Below, piece after piece: positions 1 through 8,100 of a stretch of 64,000 nucleotides of DNA. The stretch lies in the IMG/VR virus record IMGVR_UViG_3300030372_003010, one strand, 5' to 3'. The DNA is from an uncultured virus (IMG/VR IMGVR_UViG_3300030372_003010) (Duplodnaviria; Heunggongvirae; Uroviricota; Caudoviricetes). Numbering within the stretch: position 1 is the first letter of the stretch; every line of letters starts with the position of its first letter. The notes below the pieces were generated by a model. That model searched no databases. It was not told the DNA's origin and saw only the letters and a list, made by a program, of their open reading frames with translations. Both the position numbers and the translations under genes were made by a program.

Positions 1-1
1 C

Positions 2-694
2 ACTAATCCTTCAAAAAGACTTACATATCTTACAAATAAAGAAGAAAAAGTAAACTTTGAAATAGAAGGTACAGAAATGTTATTGAGAGAGCTGAACATC
101 TTTTGCACAACTACTGCTAATCACAGAGCTGTATTAGAACAATTAAAACAGTTGGCTATGAATAATAATACTACAGGTGCTAGTATTTATGATTTAGGTC
201 AAATCATTCAATCTGATTCTGTAGCTGAACTATCTCATGTATTAAAAGAAAGTCAAGATAAGCAAGAGCAACAAAAACAACAAGAGATGCAACAAATGCA
301 ACAAATGCAACAACAGCAGGCTCAAGCTCAACAACAGTTGCAACAAACTAAACTTGATGCTGATGCACAAGAAGCAGAAAAAGAAAGACAAAAGGATATT
401 CTTATTGCAGAAATTAGAGCTGCAGGTTATGGTTCTATGGTAGATATAGATAAAAACCAAATGAATGACTATAGAGACGCTATGTCAGAAATTAGAAAGA
501 CTGATCAATATGCTCAACAAACTAATATACAAAGACAAAAGTTAAGTGATGATATGGTCAAACATTCTCAAAAAATGAGTATTGAGGAACAAAGAATTCA
601 AGCTCAAAGAGAAGTAGCTGATAAACAATTGCAAATAGCTAGAGAGAATAAAAACAAGTATGATGTCAAAACTCCTAAAAAGAATAAGAAGTAA
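2..694 (+). CDS. Portal protein, C-terminal part (gene starts upstream of the window)
   Basis: The frame of ORF 77..694 is open back to position 2 (TNPSKRLTYLTNKEEKVNFEIEGTEM...). It has a Gln-rich coiled-coil C-terminus and lies upstream of the scaffold-like and capsid genes, as portal genes do in crAss-like phages. The call rests on synteny and composition. Confidence 0.7.
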   Translation, partial: TNPSKRLTYLTNKEEKVNFEIEGTEMLLRELNIFCTTTANHRAVLEQLKQLAMNNNTTGASIYDLGQIIQSDSVAELSHVLKESQDKQEQQKQQEMQQMQQMQQQQAQAQQQLQQTKLDADAQEAEKERQKDILIAEIRAAGYGSMVDIDKNQMNDYRDAMSEIRKTDQYAQQTNIQRQKLSDDMVKHSQKMSIEEQRIQAQREVADKQLQIARENKNKYDVKTPKKNKK

Positions 695-966
695 TGGATG
701 CCTTTGAAATATTAACACAATATGGGGTACTTGGTATCTGGGTTTTATATGCTATTACTAGAGAAAGATGGCTTCTTAGAAAAATTGAAGAAATATCCGA
801 AAGATCTACAAGAGAAAGAGAGACATGGCATAAGGAAAGAGAACAATTTTTAACACAATGTCATGCTGAAAGAGAAAACTTTATAAAAGAGGTTTCATTA
901 GTAAGATCTGAAGAAAGAGAATTTTACATAAAACAGCTTGAAAAAATATTTAAAAAACTAAAATAG
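694..966 (+). CDS. Small membrane protein, holin-like (one N-terminal TM helix plus charged coiled coil)
   Basis: N-terminal LTQYGVLGIWVLYAI followed by an E/R/K-rich helix, an architecture resembling BhlA-type holins. TAATG overlap with the portal stop codon. Confidence 0.45.
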   Translation: MDAFEILTQYGVLGIWVLYAITRERWLLRKIEEISERSTRERETWHKEREQFLTQCHAERENFIKEVSLVRSEEREFYIKQLEKIFKKLK

Positions 967-1026
967 CTATATAATGGGAAAAAAATGTATAAATTTTTAC
1001 CGTAATTTTAAATTTTTAAGATTTAT

Positions 1027-1038
1027 TTTAGTATATTA
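1027..1038 (+). promoter_or_regulatory. Putative phage late promoter motif TTTAGTATATTA
   Basis: The 12-mer recurs in intergenic gaps just upstream of + strand genes (also 7029, 8046, 13165, 16515, 34281). Confidence 0.6.
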
Positions 1039-1045
1039 AAGTAAT

Positions 1046-1055
1046 AACCAACAAA
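1046..1055 (+). promoter_or_regulatory. AACCAACAAA leader box
   Basis: Exact 10-mer ending 10 nt before ATG 1065, followed by the variant AACTAACAAA. The same box occurs at 4072, 4087 and 10123. Confidence 0.5.
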
Positions 1056-1064
1056 AACTAACAA

Positions 1065-2366
1065 ATGGCAGAAGAATTAAATGAGGAAACTCAAGTACAA
1101 GACTCTACAACGGTAGAGGAAGTAGATGTAAACCTTGATGAGATTTTTGGTCAACCAGGCGCTGAGAGTATAATGTTACCAGCAGAAGAAGTTGAACCGG
1201 AACCACAAGAAAAAAAGTCAAACATCTTCTCTAAACCAGAAGAACTTGACACAACGTTCATTGACAAGACTGAAACTACAACTGAAGAAGTAGGTGCAGA
1301 GACAGAGCAACCAGCAACGCCTGAACAAAAAAAGGAACTGGTTGATGAAGCACTAGCTGAACTAGATGATGCAATTACTGAAGAGGAAGTAGGAGAAACT
1401 AAACCAGGTAGACGTAAAACTGATAAAAGTGGTCTAGTTGATTTAGCTCATAAAATGATTGAAGAGGGTACTCTTTTTGGCTTTGATGATGATAAGCCTA
1501 TTGAAGAATACACTACTAAAGATTTTAGAGAACTGTTTGAAGCTAACTTTCAAGAAAGAGAAGCTCAAATTAGAGAAAATACTCCAAAAGAATTTTTTAA
1601 TTCATTGCCTTCTGAACTTCAAGTAGCTGCTAAATATGTTGCAGATGGTGGTACAGACATGAAAGGATTGTTTAGAACTTTATCACATGTTGAAGAAGTT
1701 ATACAACTAGATCCAGAAAATGAAAATCATCAAGCAGAGATTGCAAGACAATATCTTACAGCAACTAATTTTGGTACAGCAGAAGAAATAGAAGCAGAAA
1801 TACAAGATTGGGCAGATATTGAGAGGCTAGAGAAAAAAGCTAAACAGTTTAAACCAAAGCTTGATAAAATGCAAGAGAAGATGGTTGCTAATAAGTTAGC
1901 TGAACAAGAGCAAAAGAAAGTTCAACAAGAACAAGCTGCTGCACAGTATATGGATAATGTATATACTACACTTTCACAAGGCAAATTAGGAGACATTAAA
2001 TTAGATAGAAAGCTACAAAATCATTTATACTCTGGATTAGTACAACCTAATTATCCTTCTATATCAGGAAAGCCTACAAATTTATTAGGGCATCTTCTTG
2101 AAAAATATCAGTTTGTAGAACCAAGACATGACCTTATTGCAGAAGCACTTTGGTTACTTTCAGATCCAGACGGATATAAAAACAAAGTTAAAAGTCTTGG
2201 TAGTCAAGAAGCTGTTGCAGATACAGTAAGAAAACTGAAAACTGCACAGTCTAAGAAAATTAGTTCTTCATCTCAAGCACAAGCTTCTGGCAATGCTAAG
2301 AGAAAAGGGACAACAAGAAAACAACCAACAGTACAAAGAAAGAACAATATGTTCAAAAGATTTTAA
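1065..2366 (+). CDS. Acidic scaffold-like / head assembly protein
   Basis: Very acidic, probably disordered N-terminus, helical core and basic C-tail. It lies between the portal and major capsid genes, as the conserved crAss-like gene at this position does. Confidence 0.6.
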   Translation: MAEELNEETQVQDSTTVEEVDVNLDEIFGQPGAESIMLPAEEVEPEPQEKKSNIFSKPEELDTTFIDKTETTTEEVGAETEQPATPEQKKELVDEALAELDDAITEEEVGETKPGRRKTDKSGLVDLAHKMIEEGTLFGFDDDKPIEEYTTKDFRELFEANFQEREAQIRENTPKEFFNSLPSELQVAAKYVADGGTDMKGLFRTLSHVEEVIQLDPENENHQAEIARQYLTATNFGTAEEIEAEIQDWADIERLEKKAKQFKPKLDKMQEKMVANKLAEQEQKKVQQEQAAAQYMDNVYTTLSQGKLGDIKLDRKLQNHLYSGLVQPNYPSISGKPTNLLGHLLEKYQFVEPRHDLIAEALWLLSDPDGYKNKVKSLGSQEAVADTVRKLKTAQSKKISSSSQAQASGNAKRKGTTRKQPTVQRKNNMFKRF

Positions 2367-2394
2367 ATTAGTAAACAATAAAAACAAATAATAA

Positions 2395-4014
2395 ATGGCA
2401 ACTCCAGTTTTAAACAATGGTATCTTTCTACGGGATACAGCGTACAGCGCAAGTTCACACGTAGACTCTTACCACCTGGTTAACATGTTGAAGGATGCAG
2501 AACCAATGGATTTAGGTCCAGTGGACTTATGGGCAATGTCTCAGAAAGTTGAAATGCCTCTTTATCAAATGTCTAGCTTTGGTGGCAAAAATGTAATTGA
2601 AGTAGATAATGCTCGTGGAGAGTATAAGTGGCAAACACCTGTGTCAAGAGATCTTCCTTATATAATTGAGGATATTGATCCAACTTTGGCAAATACTAGA
2701 GGTGCTGATGGTACTACTTTCCGTATCAAGATGAGCTGCAGAGAATTTGGACATGGTGATATCATCACTTATGACAAATACAATGGAGCTGAACTTTACA
2801 TTACTGATGAGGATATTCTTCCTACAGGTGATGGGTTTATCTACACAGTTCAGATGGTTAATAATAATAACTCTGCAACTTTTGATTCTGCATTTTTAGC
2901 AAATGGAACTAAATACTTTAGAAAAGGTTCTGCTAGAGGTGAGTATGGTGAAAGATTTTCTGACATCACAACAGGAACAGGTTTCCGTGAATTCTACAAC
3001 TATGTAGGAGGAGCAGAAGCTCACGTTCACTACTCAGTTTCTTCTAGAGCTGATCTTATGATCAAAGGTGGAATGAATGCTGATGGTACTATTCCTGTAA
3101 CTGAGATCTGGAGATCTTCAGGAGATAGCATGGATAGTTCTATAACTTCATTAGAAGATATGGTATCAAAAATGGGTAAAGATGGTGTAAAGAAAGCATT
3201 TGATAATGGTGATCTTTCTAGATCTTTCCTTACTAACATGGAAGCTGCTCACTTAACTAAGGTATCAAATGATATTGAGTCTTACCTAATGTGGGGACAA
3301 GGTGGTAGAGTTAGACAAGACGGACCAGATGATTTAAGATTATCTGTAGGTCTTTGGCAACAACTTGATAACTCTTTCAAAAGAGTATACAATAAGAATA
3401 ACTTTAACCTTGACTTATTCCGTTCTGAGATTTATAACTTCTTTAATGGAAAAGTTGAATTCCAAGGTCCAGATCCAAGTAGACAATTGATTGTACAAAC
3501 TGGTATGGGTGGAATGAGAATGGTTAATGAAGCTATCAAACGTGAAGCTGTAGCATCAGGTCTTGTAATTCAAGCTGCTGATATAGGTGCAATCACTGGT
3601 CAAGGAATGGATCTTAACTTTGGTTTTGCTTACACTTCTTATGTGATTCCTTTCTTAGCTAACGTTAAGTTTGTACTTAACCCAGCATTTGATAATGTTA
3701 ATACTAATGATATTGAGAACCCAATTATTGATGGATTCCCATTATCTTCTTATTCATTCATTATCTTTGACATCACTGATAATACTAACGATAACATCTT
3801 CTTATTGAAGTTATCTTGGGATAATCAACTTAAGTGGTGGTATCAAAATGGTACAATGGACTACATGGGACGTAGCCAAGGATTCCAGTCTTCTGGTCAA
3901 TTCAATGGATACAGAGTCATGATGTCTCAAACAATGCCAGCTGTATGGGTAAAAGACCCAACTAAGGTATTGAAGATTGTTATGAGAAACCCAGTTACTG
4001 GAGGATCATTCTAA
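2395..4014 (+). CDS. Major capsid protein (crAss-like, HK97 fold)
   Basis: 539 aa; N-terminal DSYHL..L and EYKW motifs, a central LMWGQG and C-terminal VWVKDPTKV resemble crAss-like major capsid proteins. Followed by a strong terminator. Confidence 0.85.
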   Translation: MATPVLNNGIFLRDTAYSASSHVDSYHLVNMLKDAEPMDLGPVDLWAMSQKVEMPLYQMSSFGGKNVIEVDNARGEYKWQTPVSRDLPYIIEDIDPTLANTRGADGTTFRIKMSCREFGHGDIITYDKYNGAELYITDEDILPTGDGFIYTVQMVNNNNSATFDSAFLANGTKYFRKGSARGEYGERFSDITTGTGFREFYNYVGGAEAHVHYSVSSRADLMIKGGMNADGTIPVTEIWRSSGDSMDSSITSLEDMVSKMGKDGVKKAFDNGDLSRSFLTNMEAAHLTKVSNDIESYLMWGQGGRVRQDGPDDLRLSVGLWQQLDNSFKRVYNKNNFNLDLFRSEIYNFFNGKVEFQGPDPSRQLIVQTGMGGMRMVNEAIKREAVASGLVIQAADIGAITGQGMDLNFGFAYTSYVIPFLANVKFVLNPAFDNVNTNDIENPIIDGFPLSSYSFIIFDITDNTNDNIFLLKLSWDNQLKWWYQNGTMDYMGRSQGFQSSGQFNGYRVMMSQTMPAVWVKDPTKVLKIVMRNPVTGGSF

Positions 4015-4033
4015 TCTAACAATAGATTCTTAT

Positions 4034-4068
4034 AAAAGGGGGAGGGCTATTCCTCTCCCTTTTTTTTT
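4034..4068 (+). terminator. Rho-independent terminator after the capsid gene
   Basis: Stem GGGGGAGGG / TCCTCTCCC, loop CTAT, followed by a run of T. Confidence 0.85.
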
Positions 4069-4071
4069 AAT

Positions 4072-4096
4072 AACCAACAAAATAATAACCAACAAA
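4072..4096 (+). repeat. Two tandem AACCAACAAA leader boxes (TAATAACCAACAAAA unit)
   Basis: Exact copies at 4072-4081 and 4087-4096, between the terminator and ATG 4108. Confidence 0.7.
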
Positions 4097-4107
4097 AATA
4101 AAAACCA

Positions 4108-5127
4108 ATGGCAAAAGAACAATTTACAATGGTGGAAACACCATCAGCTAGTAGAGAATCAAAGATTACTATTAGACCCTATTTTGATGCAAGATCAGAA
4201 AATATGGGATTAGAAAATTATGGATTAAGTTTATTTGATGGAATAAAACATCAAGAACAATTAGCATGTCTAGAGATTAATGGAATTAATAGATATCTAA
4301 CAGGTCTTAATGAGTTTGCTCCAGAAGTCAAAAAACTTTCCAAAGAAGCTAGAGAAGCTAAGGTAAGACAGATTAGAGAATCTGTTGCAGATCTAGAAGC
4401 AGAATTAGCTTCTAACATACTTGATCCAGAAGACAAAGATTTTTGGAATAAAGTAAAATTATTAAAACCAGATAACAATGAATTCTGGAATAAGATAGAC
4501 ATAAGTGTAGGAAATGAACCTTTGTTTTTAAATATGTCTGATCCTTATGATAGAATTAAATTGCATGCTATTGAGGCAGGTGGGTTTTCTTTAATTGCAA
4601 AAAGTTATGAAGATGCAAAAGCAAAACCTAGACCACCTAAGTTTTATTTAGATAAAGATGCAGAAACTGTATCTAGTAGAACTGAATATAAGAAGCTTAG
4701 AAATAAAGCACTATCTGAGCTACAAAAGTTGTTTGATAAGAATAGTACTAAATTATTCTATGTAGCAAAAGTTGTAGATGCAAGTAGTACACAATATAAA
4801 AAGTCTACTCCACTGGATATTTTATATGAAAATATGGATACATATATTCACGGAGATGGAGCTGAAAGCAATATGGAAAGAGCGGTTAATACTTTCTTAG
4901 ATGTAGTAAATTCAGACATGGAATCATTAAAAATTAGAAGTATTGTTAAAGATTCCAGCTTTTTTAAGTATATTATTACTAAGAGCGATGGACATATCTA
5001 TCACAACAAGAAGAATGTCATGTTGGGAAGAAATGTTTCTGATACAGTTGAATTCTTAAAGAATCCTCTTAATGAAGATGTCTTAGATGATTTAACTAAA
5101 GAGTGTGAAAATTATTGGAAAAGTTAA
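4108..5127 (+). CDS. Conserved crAss-like morphogenesis protein downstream of the capsid gene
   Basis: 339 aa; FWNK repeats, a KFYL motif and C-terminal LGRN...EFLKNPLNEDV. Called by synteny with the gene following the capsid gene in crAss-like phages. Confidence 0.55.
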   Translation: MAKEQFTMVETPSASRESKITIRPYFDARSENMGLENYGLSLFDGIKHQEQLACLEINGINRYLTGLNEFAPEVKKLSKEAREAKVRQIRESVADLEAELASNILDPEDKDFWNKVKLLKPDNNEFWNKIDISVGNEPLFLNMSDPYDRIKLHAIEAGGFSLIAKSYEDAKAKPRPPKFYLDKDAETVSSRTEYKKLRNKALSELQKLFDKNSTKLFYVAKVVDASSTQYKKSTPLDILYENMDTYIHGDGAESNMERAVNTFLDVVNSDMESLKIRSIVKDSSFFKYIITKSDGHIYHNKKNVMLGRNVSDTVEFLKNPLNEDVLDDLTKECENYWKS

Positions 5128-5145
5128 ATTTAAAAAATAAAAGTT

Positions 5146-5616
5146 ATGCCAGGATATAGAAAAAAAATGATGTATGGAACAGGTGGTGCTAGTATGAAAG
5201 CTTATAAAAAAGGTGGAGTAAAGAAAATGAAAAAAAAGCTACCTAAAGCTCAACCAGGAAGACAAACAGGAAAAGCTATTCAAAATTTTTATAGCAAAGC
5301 TGATGCATTCTTAGATAATATGTTTCCAGGCCGTCAAGCAAGACAAGACATGAGAGGAGAAGCAAAAGCTTATAGACAAGCTGCTAGATTAGACAGAAAG
5401 AAAGGTAGAGTAGATGCTAGAATGCAAAAATTCTATAATAGAAAGTTTAAAGATCTAGAACCAAAAGACCAACCGTTTAATCCTCCACCAATTCCTCTTG
5501 GGCCACAGGAACCAAGCCCGGAACCAGAGTACTATACAAATATGAAAAAGGGTGGTAAATATGGACATGGTGGTCAATGGACAAGAAACCCAAAAGGTAG
5601 TAGAAGATGTATGTAA
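5146..5616 (+). CDS. Basic protein with repeated xxGG motifs (probable internal virion protein)
   Basis: K/R-rich; contains YGTGG, YKKGG, KAQPG, MKKGG and YGHGG. Confidence 0.55.
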   Translation: MPGYRKKMMYGTGGASMKAYKKGGVKKMKKKLPKAQPGRQTGKAIQNFYSKADAFLDNMFPGRQARQDMRGEAKAYRQAARLDRKKGRVDARMQKFYNRKFKDLEPKDQPFNPPPIPLGPQEPSPEPEYYTNMKKGGKYGHGGQWTRNPKGSRRCM

Positions 5617-5627
5617 AATTATAAGAT

Positions 5628-5843
5628 ATGGCACTAAAAGGAAACCAGTATAAACTGGACAAAAACAAAAATGGAAAGATTGATGCTCAAGATTTCAAAA
5701 TGATGAAAAAAATGAAATATGGTGGAGGCTGCGGTTGTGGTAAAACAATGCCTAAGTATTCTAATAATCCCAGAACTATTCAAGGAAGAACGCTTAGAAC
5801 TGGTGGAGTAGCTACACCTATGAAACAGTATAGAGTAAAATGA
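5628..5843 (+). CDS. Small basic protein with an EF-hand-like loop
   Basis: DKNKNGKIDAQDF matches the DxNxxGxIxxxD/E EF-hand/dockerin-type loop; also MKYGG and LRTGG motifs. Confidence 0.55.
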   Translation: MALKGNQYKLDKNKNGKIDAQDFKMMKKMKYGGGCGCGKTMPKYSNNPRTIQGRTLRTGGVATPMKQYRVK

Positions 5844-6070
5844 TTAAATTTACTAACACTATGACTAAAAAAGAAATGCGTGAGTTTGAAGTAGCTTCAG
5901 CAATGAGTACTTTACAAAGAGCTCAAGATATCCAAAAGGATACTAAATTAATGGCTGATATTAGAAAAGCTGCTATGGCTGAAGTTAAAAAACTACAGAC
6001 TATAGCTGGTAAATCATCTGCTGCACCTAAGAAAACTTTACCTAGAAAGAAAACCCTTAAAAGAAAATAA
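5840..6070 (+). CDS. Small basic helical protein
   Basis: ATGA overlap with the previous gene; EVASAMSTLQRAQDI core and a Lys-rich tail. Confidence 0.55.
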   Translation: MIKFTNTMTKKEMREFEVASAMSTLQRAQDIQKDTKLMADIRKAAMAEVKKLQTIAGKSSAAPKKTLPRKKTLKRK

Positions 6071-6071
6071 G

Positions 6072-6263
6072 ATGCCTGGTTACGGAAGAATTAATACTGA
6101 TGGTGAAATTTTAGAATATTTCAGAAAAGGAGGATCTAAGAAAAAAAAGTCTAAGAAAGATGCTTGCTATCATAAAGCTAAGGCTAAGTATAGAGTATTT
6201 CCATCTGCTTATGCAAGTGGATATATTGCTAAATGTAGAAAACGTAGAGGTAAGATAGGATAA
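6072..6263 (+). CDS. Small basic protein (KDACY...PSAYASG module)
   Basis: KDACYHKAKAKYRVFPSAYASGYIAKCRK is a module I recall from aquatic phages (DUF5872-like, unverified). An FRKGG motif precedes it. Confidence 0.6.
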   Translation: MPGYGRINTDGEILEYFRKGGSKKKKSKKDACYHKAKAKYRVFPSAYASGYIAKCRKRRGKIG

Positions 6264-6535
6264 TGGCAGTAAGAAAAACAGCTAAGGGTCTTGCACTGAA
6301 AAGGTGGTTTAAAGAAAAGTGGAAGGATGAGAAAGGAAATCCTTGCGGCTCTTCTAAGAATAAGAAAACTAAGAAGTGTAGACCTAGTAAAAAAATTTCT
6401 AAAAAGACTCCTAGAACCTGGGGTTCTATGTCTAAGTCACAAAAGACAAAAGCTGTTGCAGAAAAGAAAAGAGTTGGCATGGGTAGAAGAACCAGTGCTA
6501 TAAGAAAAAGAAAAACAACTAAAAAAAAGAAATAA
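6263..6535 (+). CDS. Small basic protein (LKRWFKEKW...CG...CRP module)
   Basis: LKRWFKEKW, PCG and KCRPSKKISKKTP motifs; TAATG coupling at both ends. Confidence 0.6.
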   Translation: MAVRKTAKGLALKRWFKEKWKDEKGNPCGSSKNKKTKKCRPSKKISKKTPRTWGSMSKSQKTKAVAEKKRVGMGRRTSAIRKRKTTKKKK

Positions 6536-6750
6536 TGGCATATGCAAAAGTAATGACTAAAGATGCTACTAAAATGGCTAAAATGAAAAAAGGTGGAGCT
6601 AAGAAAAGCACTGCTAAGAAGAAGTTTAAAGCTCACATGATGTATTCAAAATCAGGTAAAGCTGTTAGGGCTGGTACAATGAAAAAGCATCTTGAATTAA
6701 AAGCTAAAGGATATAATCACGATAAGCGTAGACTTAAAAAGAAAAAGTAA
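6535..6750 (+). CDS. Small basic protein (FKAHMMY...HL.LK..GY.H module)
   Basis: Lys-rich; MKKGG followed by the HMMY / HLELK / GYNH module; TAATG coupling. Confidence 0.6.
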   Translation: MAYAKVMTKDATKMAKMKKGGAKKSTAKKKFKAHMMYSKSGKAVRAGTMKKHLELKAKGYNHDKRRLKKKK

Positions 6751-7022
6751 TGGCAACTAAAAAAAGTAGTAAGAAAAAAGGAGCTATGAAAGGCTGTACA
6801 ATCAAGAATGGTTGTAAGTCTAAGAAAGGTGGTCTTACTGCTAAAGGCCGTAAAATGATTAATAGAAAGACTGGCTCTAATCTTAAAGCACCTCAACCAG
6901 GTGGTGGAGCTAGAAAGAAAAGTTATTGTGCAAGATCTCTTGGTCAAATGAAAAAGTTTCCTAAAGCTGCTAAAGATCCAAACAGCCGTTTGAGAAAAGC
7001 TAGGAGAAGATGGAAATGCTGA
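6750..7022 (+). CDS. Small basic protein (GGLTAKGR...SYCARS...RWKC module)
   Basis: The module resembles a family I recall as DUF6321-like (unverified); TAATG coupling. Confidence 0.6.
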   Translation: MATKKSSKKKGAMKGCTIKNGCKSKKGGLTAKGRKMINRKTGSNLKAPQPGGGARKKSYCARSLGQMKKFPKAAKDPNSRLRKARRRWKC

Positions 7023-7028
7023 TCATTT

Positions 7029-7040
7029 TTTTGTATATTA
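7029..7040 (+). promoter_or_regulatory. Putative phage promoter motif TTTTGTATATTA
   Basis: Variant of the recurring intergenic motif. Confidence 0.5.
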
Positions 7041-7044
7041 CTAT

Positions 7045-7110
7045 ATGAATAAAACTTTTAAAGAACCAGAAGAAGAAAATGATCAAATTTTTATCTACTG
7101 GGAATATTAA
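7045..7110 (+). CDS. 21-aa micro-ORF MNKTFKEPEEENDQIFIYWEY (not in the ORF track)
   Basis: Translated by hand. It fills the gap between the promoter motif and ATG 7113, and its stop lies 2 nt before the next start. Confidence 0.4.
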   Translation: MNKTFKEPEEENDQIFIYWEY

Positions 7111-7112
7111 AA

Positions 7113-7322
7113 ATGGCACAAAAGAAGAAGTTAAATATCAAGAAGGCAATCAAAAAGCCAGGTTCTCTTACAGCTACTGCTAAAAGACAAGGTGGTTATG
7201 ATAAAAAGAATAAGAGAATTAAAAAATCTTGGCTTAGAGAAAAAGCTAAGGGTAAAGGTAAGACTGCTCAACGTGCTAGATTTGCAATTACATTAGGTAA
7301 ACTAAGAAAGAAAAAGAAATAA
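7113..7322 (+). CDS. Small basic protein (IKKAIKKPGSL...QRARFA module)
   Basis: Highly K/R-rich; AIKKPG and RARFAITL motifs; TAATG coupling to the next gene. Confidence 0.6.
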   Translation: MAQKKKLNIKKAIKKPGSLTATAKRQGGYDKKNKRIKKSWLREKAKGKGKTAQRARFAITLGKLRKKKK

Positions 7323-8020
7323 TGTTAAATAGCGCAATAGTCATAAAATTAAAACAAAGAGTTAACAAGCTTGATAGTCAAGACTATGATAATATAGAAT
7401 GTTGGCAAGCTGTTGAGGCTTTTAATAAAGCACAAGTAGAATGGTGCAGAAGACAATTGCATGGTCTTAATATTGTTAAAGAAGGTGATGAACAATCTAC
7501 TAGAAGAAAAGATGATCTTCAGGTATTACTTTCTGATAATCAACTTTCATTGACTGATAAGAAAGATCATTTCCGAGGATCTATTCCTGAAAACTATTTA
7601 CAGTTTAAAAGAGTAGATGTATTTGCATGTCAGGATTGTTGTAAAGATAGAAGAATGACGGTATATCTTGCAGAGGAAGGTAATTTAAATCAATTGTTAA
7701 GAGATAAATCTAAGCAACCTTCATTTGAATGGGGAGAAACTTTTATTACATTAATTGATAATCAAATTCATATTTACACTAATGATGAATTTGAAATATC
7801 ACAAGCAGACTTAGTCTATTATAGACAACCTAGAAAAATTCAAATACAAGGTTGTGTAGATCCTTATACTAATCAAGAAACTTTGGTAGAAGTAGAATCT
7901 GAATTTAAGGATGATATTATTGAAGTAATTATTGATGAAGCTGTTAGTATATTAGCTGGAGATATAGAATCACCAGTACAATATCCAAGAGGTTCGCAAA
8001 CTGCTGAAAGAAATAATTAA
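7322..8020 (+). CDS. Putative head-tail adaptor / ring protein
   Basis: NKLDSQ...FNKAQ N-terminus, YYRQP, and C-terminal EVIIDEAVSIL are typical of adaptor/ring proteins; synteny supports this. Confidence 0.55.
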   Translation: MLNSAIVIKLKQRVNKLDSQDYDNIECWQAVEAFNKAQVEWCRRQLHGLNIVKEGDEQSTRRKDDLQVLLSDNQLSLTDKKDHFRGSIPENYLQFKRVDVFACQDCCKDRRMTVYLAEEGNLNQLLRDKSKQPSFEWGETFITLIDNQIHIYTNDEFEISQADLVYYRQPRKIQIQGCVDPYTNQETLVEVESEFKDDIIEVIIDEAVSILAGDIESPVQYPRGSQTAERNN

Positions 8021-8045
8021 TCTTAATTTGATTAATTAAAAAACT

Positions 8046-8067
8046 TTTAGTATATTATAGTATATTA
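8046..8067 (+). promoter_or_regulatory. Tandem putative promoter motif TTTAGTATATTA-TAGTATATTA
   Basis: Two adjacent copies of the TAGTATATTA core upstream of ATG 8101. Confidence 0.6.
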
Positions 8068-8100
8068 TTTATTTATTTATAAAATTAAAAACAAAAAACA

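Noticed and set aside
77..79. ATG 77 as the true start of the first gene
   Set aside because: The frame is open to the window edge, so this is an internal Met of a longer gene.
255..345. CAA-rich repeat (caacaaatg) as a regulatory or contingency repeat
   Set aside because: It is explained by the poly-Gln/Met coiled coil of the portal C-terminus.
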